A stretch of DNA of 64,000 bases from Tubulanus polymorphus (Eukaryota; Animalia; Nemertea). The stretch's first letter is position 1; each line of letters opens with the position of its first letter. The stretch covers positions 16,678,110 through 16,742,109 of the forward strand of contig NC_134030.1 in the NCBI RefSeq assembly GCF_964204645.1, in the 5' to 3' direction. The notes below the pieces were generated by a model. It made no database searches, was not told where the DNA came from, and saw only the letters and a program-made list of their open reading frames with translations. The translations under genes and the position numbers were made by a program. Below are positions 61,402 to 64,000 of this stretch, piece after piece.

Positions 61402-62634
61402 ATGAGTGGGAGTTATATCAATCCTTCTAAGAATCATAGAATATCTAATGCTATTAAAGCAGAAAGATCACATCATATAATTACTCATAACCCTTCTAAT
61501 ATTAATCCTGATGAAACTTTATATGTCAGAATTCCTAGATTAACACAAAATACTTTTTATGTTCCAAATAGTATTTATTTATCAGCCGATATAAAAGTAA
61601 TCAGTAATAATAATAATTATGTTGTTGATAATGTTGGGAGATATTTGATTAAAAAATTAACCATAAAGATTGGTCCAGAAACAGTTTTCTCATTAGATGA
61701 TTATAATTTATTTATGCATTATAAAGATTTATGGTTAACTAAAGAAAATAGAAATAATATGATATTTCAAGGCATCCAATCAGAAAACCAAAATAAATTA
61801 AGATCAGAAGCGCATAATGCAATATTAACTAATGCTGTAGATAAATTGATAAAAAGTATATATGGAAGCAAATATAAAATTCCATTAGACTTTGAATTGA
61901 TACATAATAATGCACCTTTATATAAATACGCAATTCAAGAAGATGTTATATTCGAAATAACATTTGCTCCTGTAAATGAAATTGTAATATCTAGCGTTAA
62001 TAAAGATATGAGTTATAAATTATCGAATATATGTTTAGAATATGATACAGTTACTGATGAAAATATTTCAAGTATAATTCAAACTAAATACAATCAAGGA
62101 TTTTCATTATTATATGATTATATTGATAAATTCAAAACTGTAACTATTAATGCAAATGATGAAATAATTAATGAGAATATTAACTTCCCAAGAAGATCTA
62201 TTAAAGGTATATTAATATTTTTTACCATTGCAACATATACTAATGGTGCAATAAATGTTGATAATTATTATAATCCTGAAATAACTATCGAAGGAATAGC
62301 AAATAAAATATTTTGTCAAGGAATGAGAATGATAGATCAATGGCCAGAAATTAGAAAACATTTTATGAATGAAAAAGTAAAATCATCTGAAAATTGTAAT
62401 ATCAATCAAATTGATTATTATACCGGTAATAAATATGCATTATGGTTAGATTTTAGAACAACAGAGGAAAATTCATTACATGTTTCTGGAAAAAAATTAC
62501 AAAACACTAAAGATGGAATACAATTATTCATGACAAAGAATAAAGGAATCAAAAATTTTAAAATGCACATTTATATTATATCTGACGCGCAATTAAATAT
62601 TGTAAATTCTCAATTAAATAGTGTTATGTATTAA
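61402..62634 (+). CDS. Major capsid protein (double jelly-roll, hexon-like)
   Basis: THNPSNINPDETLYVRIPRL...VVDNVGR...LSNICLEYD...PRRSIKGILIFF...KYALWLDFRT...ISDAQLNI; 410 aa, beta-rich. Confidence 0.85.
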   Translation: MSGSYINPSKNHRISNAIKAERSHHIITHNPSNINPDETLYVRIPRLTQNTFYVPNSIYLSADIKVISNNNNYVVDNVGRYLIKKLTIKIGPETVFSLDDYNLFMHYKDLWLTKENRNNMIFQGIQSENQNKLRSEAHNAILTNAVDKLIKSIYGSKYKIPLDFELIHNNAPLYKYAIQEDVIFEITFAPVNEIVISSVNKDMSYKLSNICLEYDTVTDENISSIIQTKYNQGFSLLYDYIDKFKTVTINANDEIINENINFPRRSIKGILIFFTIATYTNGAINVDNYYNPEITIEGIANKIFCQGMRMIDQWPEIRKHFMNEKVKSSENCNINQIDYYTGNKYALWLDFRTTEENSLHVSGKKLQNTKDGIQLFMTKNKGIKNFKMHIYIISDAQLNIVNSQLNSVMY

Positions 62635-62666
62635 AATTTTAACTTTAATAAAAATTTATATAATAA

Positions 62667-63500
62667 ATGGAAGGAGGTAAAGTATATAAACATATTCCAT
62701 ACATCGATACACATGAAAATAATGATGGTTTATATTATGTAATACCTTGTAATATAGCTTTGATATTTGATCCTATTTTCGAAATTTATAAAACTAAACT
62801 AATAGAAATCGATAATAATAAAAGTGAAGTTGTTGATAATTTAAGTAATGTAATTGATAATAATGTAATACCTTCTACATCTAATAATATAATACCTTCT
62901 ACATCTAATAATGTAATACCTTCTACATCTAATAATGTAATACCTTCAACATCTAATAATGTAATACCTTCTACATCTAATAATGAAATAATATTAAATG
63001 TTAGTGAAAATAGAAATTATTGTGGATATTGTAAAAGTGAATTTTCAAACGCTACATCAAATTGGAATAAACATATGAATACAAGGGTACATATAAATAA
63101 TGTTATAGAACGTGTTGGTTTAAAAGAATTTATAGAACACCCATTTAGATATGTTACAAAGTTTGTTTCAAATCAAAAAGTAAATGGTGAAAAAATATAT
63201 GAAGATTTATTATTAGCAAATCCTAATAAAGATTAATTAGATTTAACCGATGCTAATGAAATATTAAAACCAAACACTGTAAATGAAATATTAGGAGCAA
63301 ACACTAATAAAGATTCTATGAAACATAAAGTAGAAAATAATGATAAATTTGATTGGATGAATAAGCATAACAATGAAACAACTATTGATGATGCGGTAAA
63401 AAAGGTGAAGAATAAGTATAAAAATAATAGAGAATTTGAAGAAGGAAATTCGGTAGAGAATTTGAATAAATTGTTAGAGTCTGATAGTGAAAGTGATTAA
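62667..63500 (+). pseudogene. Accessory Zn-finger ORF with (NNVIPSTS)x5 repeat and one premature stop at 63234-63236
   Basis: The 63318 ORF is in frame with 62667; CGYC...H...H finger; 24-bp tandem repeat at ~62858-62985. Confidence 0.7.
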
Positions 63501-63532
63501 AATATTAATTATATTTAACACAAATAATAATA

Positions 63533-63950
63533 TTGGTTGAAAATTGTATAAAATAGTAGTAAATAAAAAAGGGGGTTTTAAGTATTTAAGGTATTTAAGG
63601 TATCTAATACATATCTAATACAATCTAATACATAAAATATCTTATTTTATAAACTGATATTCATATTGAAATTGAAACCTCAGTAATAATAAATAACCTT
63701 TATTATTTTCAAACTTATTCATATATTAGTTGAAAAAATAAAACTAAATTGGTTGAAAATTGTATAAATAATATTTATTTAAAAAAGGGGTTTTAAGTAT
63801 TTAAGGTATCTAATAGGGTATCGGGTATTAGGGTATCTAATAGGGTATCAGGTATTAGGGTATCTAATAGGGTATCTAATACAAAGGTATATAAATTTTA
63901 TTTTATAAATTTATATTCATAGGGAAATTGTAATCTCAGTAATAATTTTG
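63533..63950. repeat. ~215-bp direct duplication with TAGGGTATC / TTAAGGTA microrepeats
   Basis: ttggttgaaaattgtataaa...aaaaaaggggttttaagtatttaaggtat at ~63533 and ~63749. Confidence 0.85.
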
Positions 63951-64000
63951 AGCCTTTATTATTCTTTAATTGATTCATATATTCATCATGTAATTCAGTA

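Larger units (their letters stand above)
47794..64000 (+). mobile_element. Polinton/Maverick (adintovirus-like) element C, runs off the right edge
   Basis: AG-starting terminus at the Copia breakpoint; pPolB, minor and major capsid, membrane ORFs. Confidence 0.92.

Overview
AT-rich animal (invertebrate-type, spliceosomal-intron) genomic DNA made almost entirely of nested mobile elements; all coordinates and translations were read by eye. (1) 1-~4349: one arm of a decaying Polinton/Maverick (adintovirus-like) element on the minus strand (packaging ATPase start, rve integrase with chromodomain, HNH/EndoVII pseudogene). (2) 4428-27879: a 23.45-kb element with imperfect terminal inverted repeats, sitting between two (TA)n tracts. 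It carries one apparently intact ~26-exon minus-strand gene: SET (KMT5A-like), a tandem array of symmetric micro-exons, an OTU/vertnin-like protease, Cys/His clusters, a tyrosine recombinase and a Myb/SANT-like end (Crypton-like). (3) 28-33.5 kb: long palindromic hairpins, CACTA and Polinton relics, MITEs. (4) 33975-35593: a Gypsy-type LTR. (5) 35.7-44.9 kb: the first five exons of a laminin gamma-1 gene, broken inside exon 5, with Penelope, Helentron-like and foldback insertions in its introns. (6) 46455-47793: a Copia 5' LTR plus gag-protease, cut off by (7) a second Polinton (47794 to window end: 407-bp terminal hairpin, pseudogenised pPolB, minor and major capsid and membrane ORFs), itself interrupted by a 3.5-kb Mutator-like element with a 9-bp TSD. 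The best candidate for an undescribed system is the giant (TA)n-flanked SET-OTU-recombinase element with its exon-bearing tandem repeat.
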